A DNA stretch of 64,000 nt from NCBI GenBank assembly GCA_028534125.1, contig CM052817.1, forward strand, positions 31,932,001 through 31,996,000, given 5' to 3'. The position numbers and the translations under genes were made by a program. This document shows positions 50,831 to 62,865 of this stretch, piece after piece (position 1 is the stretch's first letter; each line of letters opens with the position of its first letter). The DNA is from Lama glama (lineage: Eukaryota). Under the pieces are notes generated by a model. It did not search any database and had not been told where the DNA came from. It saw only the letters and a program-made list of their open reading frames with translations.

Positions 50831-53599
50831 GTTTAAGTGATGACATTCAACCATGCTTATCTTATTTTTTAAATTGATATTTTAAGTAGAATCAAAAACA
50901 TAAAAATAATTTTAAACTGTTCTAAAATATTTTTCGTCTTTAGCTCCTTATTTTTGTTAATGTCTTATTATGTACATAATACAGTGTATAGTTTACAACA
51001 AACATACACATATTGTGGGTGCAGATACATTTTTTTATACTGCTGGAGTGTGACATAAAATTTCTGCAGACCTGTTACAGAGGCCACAATAATCTAAGAT
51101 GTTATCTTTTAAATTTTTTACTTGGGGAAGCATATGCTGGAAGAGGGAAAACACTAGATTATCAAAAAGAACTCAATTCTATCCATAGGTTAAAGAAGTC
51201 ACAATCTCATTCTTGTCTACAAAATGAAGGAGTTCTATTGGATCATTCCCAAGGACAGTCCAGCTCTGAAAACATTATGACTCTATATGAGTTTTACAAC
51301 AGGAAAAAGTGAAACAACCATAAAGAAATGTATGACTAAACCCTAACCAGTATTTACCGAAAGTATACTATGGGTTCAGTATTGCCAGGAATAGTAACTA
51401 CAAGACACAGGCTAAGTTATCATCAGCACAAAACCAGAAAAGGGCATCTACTAAGATAATTTTAGCTCCAAGAAAATAATTATCAGAAGATCCGGTTTAA
51501 ATATAAATATCTAGATAACAGGCAGGTGTGGCTATTTTACATACAGCCTCACAGTTCTGTAAAGCCTCTAATTTCTGGTCATAGAATTAGGTTGCTGAAT
51601 TTGCAGCAAACAAAATACCAATGTATACAAGTATCCTGGGGTACAAGCTTGGGCATTGGGTTCTCACAAGAAGTAGACTATCAAGACATCCAAAAAAGAA
51701 TTATTTCCATCCACTTAATTAATTATTCTCCATCCACCTGAGTTAGACTTAATAAGACAGAATTTTAAGAGATCCATTATTCAGGGGAAGTTAAACATCT
51801 ACAAGGTAATTATACCACCCCACTACACCAGCTTCTGCTATCCAGAAACATCACCTACCTGAAACGGCCCAAAACTAGGAAAGAAGCAAGAGTCCTCTAA
51901 GCAGTAAAAACCAACGTAACAAGGTCCTAGCAGTAACGCTCCATGCACAGGAAGTTCTTTGGTCTCTCACCCAGAACTTACTATCATTTTTATCCACCAT
52001 TCAACAAGCATGGTTATGGGTTCGATTCTCATATCACATGGAAAATAACAAATCCGACAGGTGAGGAAACCACTACAGGCGGGTGTAATGACAGCAACAA
52101 AGATACAGCTAACAGTAAACTAATGAGCAAATCGACCCCCCAAACCAGACATGATTTAGAAGAGAATGGTTCCACCAACAAAAGAACAAAATATGGTGCT
52201 CCGTGTATTGCTTACTGAAGAGACCAATGGCTGGACGCTTTGCAAATACATTGTTATGAGTTCACTGACATCCAAGACACATGAATAGAACCACCAAAGT
52301 ACTATTTTTTTAACTAGTATTATAGACAGTATTATCCATCTTAAATTGTTTAATGGAGGAAAAAAACTGAAAGCTGCATTTAAATTATCTTTCCAGTATT
52401 CCTTAGTACTGAATTAAATTGCATCACATCTGAATGTTACCATGAAATACAGACAAACCAAAATACAAAAGAGAACAAAACAGAACAAGAAATCCTGAGA
52501 AGCTGAAATCAATTCAGGCAACAAGGCATACATATGAATATTTTACAACCTAAAAAATAAGGCTGCACTGAGGTAAGTGAACAAACTAATGACCCCTTCT
52601 TCAATTCCCAGATGCCCTTAAAAAAAAAAAAAACAACAACACTTTAACCTCTCTGAAGTATGGCTGTTCTAGAAGAGAGATGTAGGTTACAACTGCTGTC
52701 ATCCAACAGCAGGATTTAGTTGGTAAAAACTTTATGTTGACATTTCCTGGAAAGATCAAGAATGCAACAACGCTAGCATCAAAATGTCTTAGGTTTGATC
52801 AAAAATGGTCACTCAAAACAATCTTAAAAACAAAGAAATGATCAGAAGCCTGTAAAACTGTAATCAATGGAGATAGTTACAGAAAATTCTCCAAACACAC
52901 ACAAAAAAAATGCATCCTTTTATTTTAAAAGATCTTGTCATTTTAAAAGTAAAGTACTTATCACATTACTTAGTAAGCATTCAATAAACTTAGTTACAAT
53001 TATTATTAGAAGATGGAAAATGAAGACCAGTAGAGCTGATGAAAATATTTAGGATTATAGTGGTCAGGCAACCAATAAACACTTAAGTGCCTGCAAGCTC
53101 TCGAGCACTATGCAGGGCAATACGAGTTCATCACAATCAATCTATGCATGCAGCACTATTTCTTATCAAATAAATGACAAGTTGCACAATACAAGCTCAC
53201 CATTTTTAACCAATAAGGTAAACATGACTATACACTCAGCAATGATTAGAACTTACCAAGTACTTTCAACTTCTTTCAAAGTACTGGCCTTTATTTAAGC
53301 CCAGTATGCAGAATTTGAGACATAAATTATTTACTTGTACAGTCATCAAATGATTAAATTCATATTAAAAAGTGTCACCAAAATGAGTCTTATGATTTAT
53401 AGGGAGGGAAAAAAAAATCCCTTTTCCCATTTCTCTCCAGGCTTAAGTAGAACACGCATTTAGATAAATTCCCTCTTAAGGAAAATCTTTCTAAACTTGG
53501 AGCTACACACATCACAAAAAGACCCTCTCTGTACTCCTAGGATTTATGCACATTAGAGGGATGGATTTATACAGGAGAGCACTTTTATTAAAATGCTAT

Positions 53600-53815
53600 G
53601 CTCCATTTACATGAAATATCCAGAGTAGGCAAATGTATAGAGATGGAGTGCAGGGCTGAAGAGGAAGGTAGGGAAGGTGATGAGGAGATGAAAAAGTTCT
53701 AACACTGGCTATGATGAGGCGTGCAACACTATAATATACTAAGAACATTGAACTGTACACTTTAAAAAAGTAAACTGTATGGTATGGAAATTGTATCTCT
53801 CCAAAACTGTTATTT
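53600..53815 (+). mobile_element. L1 3' end fragment
   Basis: ccatttacatgaaatatccagagtaggcaaat...cattgaactgtacactttaaa. Confidence 0.75.
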
Positions 53816-55219
53816 TAAATTTTTAACTCTTCACAAAACTTGATAAATCACAATTGCTGGATTATGGTCAAACCCCATAGGCTGTATCCTTGGTCAGATA
53901 TTCTTCCTGGCCTGGTCGACTCCATCACTGACAATCCTACAAGGCCTCTTTCTTAACAAGCTGATTCTTGCCCCACAATACAAAGATGGAGCAACAGGCT
54001 TGGGAGGGCTGGGGCGGGGATGGTGGTGGTGGTGGTTCATTTTGTAAAACTTAGAAATACTTTACACTGTATTTTAATACAAATGATTTTTCAAAGCAAT
54101 TATTTTTATAACATAAAAAATCCTGATAAAGGTCTCTATTAATTATAGCATTGAGTTTAAAAGAATGCGTTACTATTCCATCAGCAAAATATGAATTTCC
54201 TACTAGGACACAAATGTAGTGTAATAATGGTGGTCTTTGAAATGGACAATCCCATTATGATATAAGGAAAGACACATCAACATTTGCAGAATTTCAGAAA
54301 AATTCTGCCCATAGGAATAGCAGTGTTTGAAATTTAGAGAGAAAAAAAATTCTAGCACTCACAGATTTCCTTTAACAGGCACCATGGACTCCAACCCACC
54401 TCCTATGGAAGCCAGTTTGTTTGCTAGGATGCCTCAAATGAAGCTGCAAAGAATAATAAACAAGAGTGAATAATAAGTCACTCAAGAGTGCACTTTGTGT
54501 ACACTATCTTTAATCCATATGGACCACTCTGTCTCTTCAAGTAAAGACCCTACTCAAAGGAGCTCATAGTTTGTGGTACAGACAGGCTTCACCATCTTAT
54601 CCTCAGTGCCTACATGGTACGCAATTTAGGTGCAGTTCTCAATAAAAACTTGCTGAATAAATGGAGATTTCATGCCTCATTAGGCCTACTGGCTACTTGC
54701 AGCTGGGTTTTCTACTTAGAAACCTGTGAGAAACCTTTTCCCCACTCTGGGCTGGCTTAAAGATGCACCTAGAACAACAGAATCTTTTCACCTATTTCAT
54801 CAGCCTAAATTGTAGCTCCCTTTTTATAACGAGCAGCAGATGGGTGGAGGGAAACCTCTACATGTGAACTGATCAGGAACAGACATCTTCCTACATTCCT
54901 CTTGGGGCAACTATTATGAACAGTGCCTGTTGGCAGTCTCAAAGCAATTTTTAATGCTCTCTAGAGATAAGAAGAATCAAGAAATGAGAAGGGATTAAGC
55001 TTACAGTATATACTCCAAAACCATTTTAGGATAAAGATACCTAAAATGTTCAGGGACACTGGTTTTGACCAATTTTTAAAATGATTATGATTCTAATGAT
55101 TATAGACTACATCTTGAATGCAAAAATACTGGTGGGAGCCTTGCATCTCAAGAAAAGGTGAAAGAGCCATAATTACTCAGAAATTACTAGAGAAATTAAT
55201 AATAAATAATTAAGTATAT

Positions 55220-55630
55220 TCCACAGTAGCCAACAGATGGAAACAACCCAACTGTTCACTGAAGGAGAAATGGATATGGAAAATGTATATACATGCAAAG
55301 GAATATTATCCAGCCATAAAAAAGGAAATCCTGCCATTTGCAACAACATGGATGTACCTGGAGAACATTATGCTAAGTGAAATAAGCTACTCACAGAAGA
55401 ATAAATACTGCATAATTCCACTCATATATGAGGCATTTAAAACAGTCAAATTCTTGGTTGCCAGGGGCTCATGAGAAGTGGAAATGGGGGAGTTGCTGTT
55501 CAATGGGCATAGAGCTTCAGTCATGCAAGGTGGAAGAGCTCTAGAGATCTGCTGTACAATATTGTGCTTACAGTTAATAATATATTTGTTAAAAGAGTAA
55601 AAAACAAACAAATAAATATATAAAAATAAA
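55220..55630 (+). mobile_element. L1MA/MB-type 3' end
   Basis: aaggaaatcctgccatttgcaacaacatggat...cattatgctaagtgaaataag...ctagagatctgctgtacaa. Confidence 0.9.
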
Positions 55631-57170
55631 TTACCTCTCTCCATTCACAGTAAACACAACTTACTAATTAAAATTTTCAAATATGATAGCTTAAGGCAGT
55701 AGTATCTGAAGGCAATTAAAAAAAAGGGCAGGGAGGGGGGAACTGGAAGAAAAAGTCAAACAACTACCAATAGTTATGATAAAGGCAGTGTTATGAGGGA
55801 CTTTTAATTTCTAAATTTTACACTTCTTTCATATCAGTATTTTACAATGAGCATGTAAAACCGTTGATAAGGGAAAAAATGATTTTTCCTGTAAAAACAC
55901 ATACACATCGTCCCCAAATAAAACAATTTGAACTTTATAGTTGATGGTTTTACAGAATACTAGCAGGCTAATAAGACTGTTCAAGTACTTTATGCAGCAG
56001 TAAAAAAGAAGTGGGGGACACAACTTCTGTTAATGATTTTTTACCAAAATGCACAATCTAATGAAGAAATACACACATAACTATAGTGTAAGTCAGAGCA
56101 TGGCTTGTGCTGTATAAAGACTTTACTGGAGCAACAGAAAAGAGCCATGATTTAGGATCAGGAGAGCTTGCAGACAAGGTGACATTTGAGCTGGGTTAGA
56201 TGGTGATCCCTCTGGTGAGGTAACAACAGTTGAAATTTAGAGTACATGCTCTGCACCCACCCCCCACACCCCACATTTTATAGATTAAAATAGTTCAAGT
56301 GGAGAACATACACCCCAAACATACTTTATTTTTTAATTTTTAAAAAAATACAACAGTTGCTATATAAAGGAGAACTTTCCCACATCACCTAAGTTTCTGC
56401 TAGCATTCCATTATTCCTTTACCATTTTGGCATGAATCCTGTGTCACTGTTACCTTGCACCTGTTACTGCACTGAGGTCCACGTTCTTTTCTCTATGAAT
56501 GATGATTTTGCATCTTCCCATTACACTCCATAACTTTCTGACAGCAATGATTGTCATCCTTTTCTACTGTATATTCCCATAATATTCTTTAAGTAAAGAT
56601 GATGCTGACAAATTAAACCTAGTTCTAATAACTGGGACAACAAGCAATCACTACCACAAAAGATGTCTGTGGAAAAGATATTATAATTAGATCACATTTT
56701 TGTACACAGAACAAAAAGCATGTAGATTAGTATGTCTTTCTCCAGATGCTGAACCAACTGCTATTCTTTGGTGTAACTTGTTCAGAAAGGGTTTATTTTA
56801 AAAATAAATAAATAAGCCTCTCAAGTGGCCTCTATAGAACATTGTCTTTTTCTGTCACAAAGACCTAAGTCAACACATTTATTGGGCACTAGAAATGTAC
56901 TAGGTGATGCAGTGAATTTGCCCCAAAATAGAGGGCAGTCCTAGTTCCCAGAGATCTCAAGGGACAGTTCACAATTCAAGAAATGCCTGGGCAATGTGTA
57001 TATTTAAGACAATGTGTTTAAAACAATTGAAAAGCACCCATGAAAAAAAATGTTTTCCAGGAAACAAAGCCTAGATATTTCAAAAATAATTCTTTCTGAA
57101 TGTTTTCTTTATATATGATTTTTTAAATGTTCAGGAATTCTCTGCTCTATTGTTTAAATAAGTGGTAAGT

Positions 57171-57172
57171 GA

Positions 57173-57226
<54 letters not shown>
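57171..57226. repeat. (GAAA)14 microsatellite
   Basis: Directly visible perfect tetranucleotide run. Confidence 0.97.
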
Positions 57227-57227
<1 letters not shown>

Positions 57228-58937
57228 GGAATTTGGAAACTTGTTTTAATCTTCTACTTTCTATTATGAGATGGAGAGGAAGTTATGCCTACAAGCTTGC
57301 CTGACATCCTTATCAAAGATCAGGATCAAAGAAAGGAGGAGGAAGGGCAGTATTAGGTGCAACAACACCAGATACCATCAAGATTACAAAAGATCATGTT
57401 TTTGTGTGTCTACACTTCCTAAACTCTGTGGGAAAAGTTAAGTGTCTCCCAAACGTTATTATGTGAAATTGACTTTTCGCCTCCCAAGTATAATTCCTCC
57501 TCTGTTATTGCTGAGTCTGTAAACTTGTTATAATGCTCCACATAACTCATAAAGTTACTAAACAGTTAATCAATGAACATTTTGGGAAGTTGTTAGTACT
57601 GCTTTACTGAAAACAAAACAAAAACCACTGGGCAAGAGGTTCCAACATAATTCACTATCCTAGAGAAATAATTTTACAAAATAACTCAGAATGGAAGAAA
57701 AGACCGGGTGGAATGCTCTCTTTGATAATGAGTAGCCAAAAAAAAAAAAAAAAAAGACTACAGAATAACACACCCACTGCTACTTTGTTTATAGGGTTGT
57801 AACTTGCACACGCAAGTACTCTACAAAGTATTGCACAAGAAGAAACTGTCAAAAATGAATGCTCATGAAAACATTCCTAAATAAGGTCTCTAACAAGGCT
57901 GTGCTGTTTCTAAATATAATTTCTTTAGCAAGTATTGACAAGTATAGCATAGCTATAATGTTCAAGATGAAAAAAACCATTTGTTTTATCAATAGTAAAA
58001 GTTGCTGTTACTAATTATAATACCTATGGGTTAGGTAGCAGAAATTAACTTTACGGAATCGGCTGGGAAGAACAATTAAAACACTAAATTAATTTCTATC
58101 AAAAATCTTTTTTCCCCCCTAATCCTATAGAACTTAGCAACCTGGGGCTTTTTGTTTTGTTTTGAAATTGTTTTTCCTTCCAAAAGAAGCTCTGCCAGTC
58201 AACTCGAAGTAATACTTTCCACAGTTCAAAGGTTAAGGCAAATTCGGTTCTACGTAGAGCTCTTGCTCATCAGTACCCCTCCCTTTTTTCATTTTTAAAG
58301 TATCTTGACCTAAGAGAGGTTAATGCTCCCCTACAATCGCAAATCCATGAGCGAAGCGATTTTAGGCGCCGAGGAAAACTGGGATGGGAGGAAAAGACCG
58401 ATAGCGACCAAGAACCATTCCGCCCTAGAAATCACTCTCTCCAGAACTCAGGAAACGAGGTTATGCCCAAAGAACCTGCCGCCCGGAAGCCACAACTTCC
58501 ATCAATCGGCAAAGAAAAGTTGCAAGGAAGAGCTCAGCACACAGGCAGCCTGCGCCGGTGCGGAGACTGAGAGCAGCAAAGGCATTCACAGGCCCCGACG
58601 GCCCGCGGGCGGTGGCTAACGCGTCCGTGGGGCCGGCTCCGGCACGCTTGGGGTCTGGGGGTGCGCAGCCGGCCCGGAGCGGTGCGGGCACCGCGCCCGC
58701 GTCCACACCCCTCCCCACGACCGCGAGCAGTGGGCGGAGAGACGAGAGTAAAGGAAAAGACGGACAATGCTGGGCCAGGCTGGTGACTCCGCCCGCTCTG
58801 CGGGTCCCCAGCGTCCCTTCCCACCCTGGGGCCGCCAGCTGCGGCGCTAAGTTTGCTCTTCAGCCCTCCCTTCACGACGCGGGCGGCGAAGCAGTGGCCG
58901 CGGACCTCCCTCCGCCCCGCCGCCGCCACCTTCCTAC

Positions 58938-59110
58938 CCGCGGGGCGGCTCCCGCGGGTCCGCGAGGACGCGGCGTGCGCGAGCAGAATGGGGCGCGCGA
59001 GAGGAAGGGGGCGCGCAAGGAAGCAGCGCGCGCGCGGAGAGCCGGGCGCGCGGGGGAGCGGGGCGCGCGGCGCTCCCCGAGGACCCACTGCCGCTCCAGC
59101 GGGTTTTCGG
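58938..59110 (-). other. Candidate alternative first exon 1b (5' boundary approximate)
   Basis: Donor CGG|GTAGGA at 58938/58937 in the island core. Confidence 0.4.
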
Positions 59111-59348
59111 TTGAGGCGGGGGCTGCGCCACGGTTTGGTGTCCGTTATGAGTCGGCCCGGGCGGCGCAGCTTGCCAGCCATTCTAGCCCGCCTCCCCCTC
59201 GGCTCCCATCAGGAAGGGCAGCCGGGCGAGGGCCGGCGACCTCTTCTCCCGCCAGGGCTGCGGCCGCCGGTCGGCGGGCATCCCGGCGCCTGCCTCTAGG
59301 GCTGGAAGAAAAAGTGAAATGAAGCGCCTTTCCCCAGGCAACACCTAC

Positions 59349-59530
59349 CCGTCCCCAGTCCAAGTGCAGCTGCCTCGCTCCTCAGGCGCCGCCGGTCCCC
59401 GCCCTCGGGCCCCAAGCTCCGTTCTCCTGACAATGGCGCGTTCCCTTTAAGGAATAATCCGATCGGAACCGATCTGTGGTTAAACCTCCCTCCGACACTG
59501 ATTTTAACCGGATTTCTCTCTCTCCCCGAG
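59349..59530 (-). other. Candidate first exon 1a (5' boundary approximate)
   Basis: Donor CGG|GTAGGT at 59349/59348, just downstream of the CCAAT/GC-box cluster. Confidence 0.55.
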
Positions 59531-61866
59531 AGCCCGACAGGCGCCCGGCGGTGCTGCGAGCTCTTCCCACCTCTTCCCCGCCCCGCCCACTCCCTGGCGG
59601 TCCTGATTGGCGAGAAACACTACAACAGGAACAGCAATCCTCGCACCCCACTGGTCGACACAGCCGCCATTCAGAGTTACCCCCGCCCTCACCCCGCCCC
59701 TCTCCCCGGGTTGGCCCTATCTCTAATCACTCTCTGTCTTCTACTCCAGCGTTGCTTTGGAGAACTGGCAGTCAAGGCTCACCCTCCCGCCTCCGGAAAG
59801 CGAACTTTATTTTTATTGGTAAAAGGACATCTTCCTGTGCACCTGATTGGGCAAGGAAAGAGTTAGTCTGCACGCCCCTTACCCATTATCGCGCTCTCTT
59901 TACGGGTTTGAGAAATACAGCCGCTAAGTCCTCCGTACTTTGCCTTGTTCCAAGCGCCTTTCCCTTTAAATACTGGTAGGGGTCGTTGACAAACTCACAG
60001 CCTGTACTGGGGAAAGACGGAAAGGGAGAAGAGAAAAATTCAAAATCTTCTCCAAATCAGTAATACTTACGGAGCTGGAGATGGGATCCTGCGGAATCTC
60101 ATCCTTCGCTCTACTGAATGGAGTGGTTAGAATGAGTTAGAATACCCGAAATTCTGGTACTAACTCCTCCTGAGTTTTACTCAACAAGTTTTCGCTTACT
60201 GTCCACCCTACTCCCACGGTCGATCCCACAGGCATTTCGCTACCCCAAAGAACTTTAATAAAGGGATCTGCAAATCTAGAGGTGTCCTGCTCTGTCCCGT
60301 AATCGTTCATTTAAAAAAGCATTTAAATCAATTCCATTAAAAGTTCCATTTAATTCATGTCTTCTGTGTTATCTCGGGGTTTGTCACTAGAGCTAAGTTA
60401 CTCTTCTGAAAAGACTGAATAGATGCCCAACCCCCACCATGCCAGCCTCCAAAGTTGTAGACGTCCGTCCGCCTTGCTAGAACAGTGTCCTGGGGAGACC
60501 AGACTGAGCCCAAGCAGGTACCAGAAGTCTATTTCTTGACAGAAAGGGGGAGTCTGGCACCGGAAGCTTAACCCTGCCCCAAAACCTCATGTATGGAAAG
60601 AGTAGGAACTCTGCGGCAGCCTGCTGGGGTCTGCCTTATGATTTTCCCAGTTTCCCATGGGAGCTGTAAGAAATGAAAGGGTTGCAACTGCTGAAATTGG
60701 GTACTCAAGTGCTTTGGTACCCATTTGAGTATTAGGGGGAAACGGTTAAATTTTCTGCCCCTCTTTGCCAATGAACTTTGAGAGACTTTGGACCTCAGGA
60801 TGTTTAGTGCATTTGCAATGAGACCTCAGAAGAAACGAGTGCTGCCAAGAAAGTGGCAGCGCCCGGCAGTTCCCTAGAAAAGCTTTAGTACCAGAAAGGG
60901 GTAGGGTGTGGGGAGGGAAAACGTTGGTAGTTGATAGGACTTTTCTGTGAGTTCAGGTGAAAAATCTCCTGGGGATACTCATAAATATGGAAGACTTAGA
61001 AAAGGGAAAGGTTGTAGGTGGTTTACGGGTTTCTAGTAGAGGTAAGAGACAAGGAAATATCTGGATTATATTTATATGGCCTTCACAGATGTTTAGAAAA
61101 AAAAAAACACTTCAGGTTCAAGATCTAGGTGATGTTTTCAAACTCTTTGTAAAACACTTGCTTTATGATGCCCAGATTATTTTGTTACACTAGCACATTG
61201 GGCCATAACTCCAGAAAGCGGTCTAACCTCTAAATTCTCTTCCTTACACCTAACCAACCATGTTGAGATAATCACCTTACAAATATAATTTATAACTATT
61301 TCTATTTCACACTTACCCACAATAGGATTATTTATCACCTTTTAGCCCACACACTCAGCCTCCTGGCACTAATACTTCTCTCAGTATTTCACACTGAGGA
61401 AGAATTTAGGAAATCTACAAACCCGGATATGCAGGTCATTCTTAAGAATGCTCAGTGTTATTGAACACAGTCCCAATTCTAACCCTGGAGAAATGTACAA
61501 TATGTACTTTTCCCTTCAGAGGGAATTTATCTCCTACCTAGATCCCCATTCTTTAAAAAGAAATATTCTCTCAATGTGCCAATATGACAAACTTTCCAAC
61601 ATCCTTGTATATAGATCTTTGTTAACTCTTTTAAAGGTGAAACGCACTATGATCAATTATTCTCTGTTTATGAACAAAGGGAAACCATATCAAAGAACTA
61701 CCAGTCAAGCCAGCAATTCTTTTTCCTCAGAAAAATTTTGTTACCAATTATACTGCAAATTGTTTTCAGTTCACCATACATTTATATAGTAACTACTATG
61801 TGTTGAGTAGATAAGGGGAAAAATTGATGAATATATCTCCATTCTCCAGAGAGTACAATCAATCTC

Positions 61867-61995
61867 CAAATTCTACCCATAAGTAGCACAGTGTTACCCC
61901 TCATTCAGCATGTAGGTGGATACCATCTATTAATCAAATTCTACCCATAAGTAGCACAGTGTTACCCCTCATTCAGCATGTAGGTGGATACCATC
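61867..61995. repeat. Perfect 61-bp direct duplication with 7-nt spacer
   Basis: 61867-61927 is identical to 61935-61995; spacer TATTAAT. Confidence 0.95.
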
Positions 61996-62314
61996 AAATT
62001 AAGAAAAAATCCGATAAAAGCTGTCAACCAAAATCTCTTTCCCTAGGCCTTTATTAGTCTGAATGAGAAGGAGACAAATGAAAAAAGAAATAGTAATTTG
62101 TTTTTATAAAGAAACTTCAAAAAATATTTCCTGGGTCTCTATAGAGGAAGAAGTCCTTCATGTTCTGTAACTCAATGTGTTTCTTTGTAAAAAAAAAAAA
62201 AAAAAAACTGACATTCACTGAGAATTCTATCTAGTAGAATATTCTATCACTGAATATTCTACTTACTGAGGCAGGAAAAAAAAGATACTAATATATTTTT
62301 TAAAAGATTTCCAA

Positions 62315-62865
62315 CTCTCTCCTGCTTAAAACCCTTTAAAGATTCTCAAGGCATGTATTAAATATAGTCCAAGCATCTCAGCAAAATATACAAGTCCCTT
62401 TATAATCTGACTCTAGGCTGCCTCTCAGATTTCTTCTCTGGCCACTGCTTCATTTGATATTTCAAATGGCTGCTCTTTGGATGTCAATGATCCTGCTCTT
62501 TCAAGTTTCAGTGCTTTGGGGCATGTGGTTCCCTTTGTCTAGAATAGCCCTCCCCTCCATGTTTACCTGGAGGACTCTACAATCTGCCCATTAAAACCCA
62601 AAGAAGATTTATCTTTTTTGCAAAGCCTTCTCTGATTGGACCTCCTTCCCTGATTTAGCATTTTTCTACCACATATACATGTTTTCCTGATTACAAGTAT
62701 CATGCTAAAGACAGAAATTAAGTGATTCTTTTTCTGTCTCTTGCACTAATCTGGTTTGTTTTCAAAGAGCAAGGGCCATGCTTATGCATCTTTGCATCAG
62801 CATCACTTAGGATGATGCCTGACATACTGAAAGCTTTCAATAAATGCATGTCAAATTAAATGAGC
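62315..62865 (+). mobile_element. L2 3' fragment
   Basis: ctcctgcttaaaacccttt...gttccctttgtctagaata...tgcctgacata...tcaataaatgc. Confidence 0.75.

Larger units (their letters stand above)
58335..59990. promoter_or_regulatory. CpG island / promoter of the minus-strand gene
   Basis: Abrupt switch to very GC- and CpG-rich sequence. CCAAT boxes on the minus strand (ATTGG at 59626, 59815, 59846), clustered GC boxes (CCCCGCCC ~59576-59588, 59681-59699), ETS-like CCGGAAG ~58483, no obvious TATA box. Confidence 0.92.

Noticed and set aside
51300..52300. Non-repeat stretch with ORFs 51526..51741 and 51943..52218, checked as a possible viral or retrocopy insert
   Set aside because: No recognisable homology, poly(A), TSD or splice signals by eye. 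A TBLASTX search would be needed to exclude it fully.
58323..59979. Long overlapping ORFs on both strands (254, 215, 167, 148 aa etc.)
   Set aside because: Ala/Arg/Gly/Pro-rich products typical of stop-poor CpG islands. Many lack an ATG start and none shows a recognisable domain.
61867..61995. Direct repeat resembling a CRISPR-like unit
   Set aside because: Only two copies, 7-nt spacer, eukaryotic context: a simple duplication.
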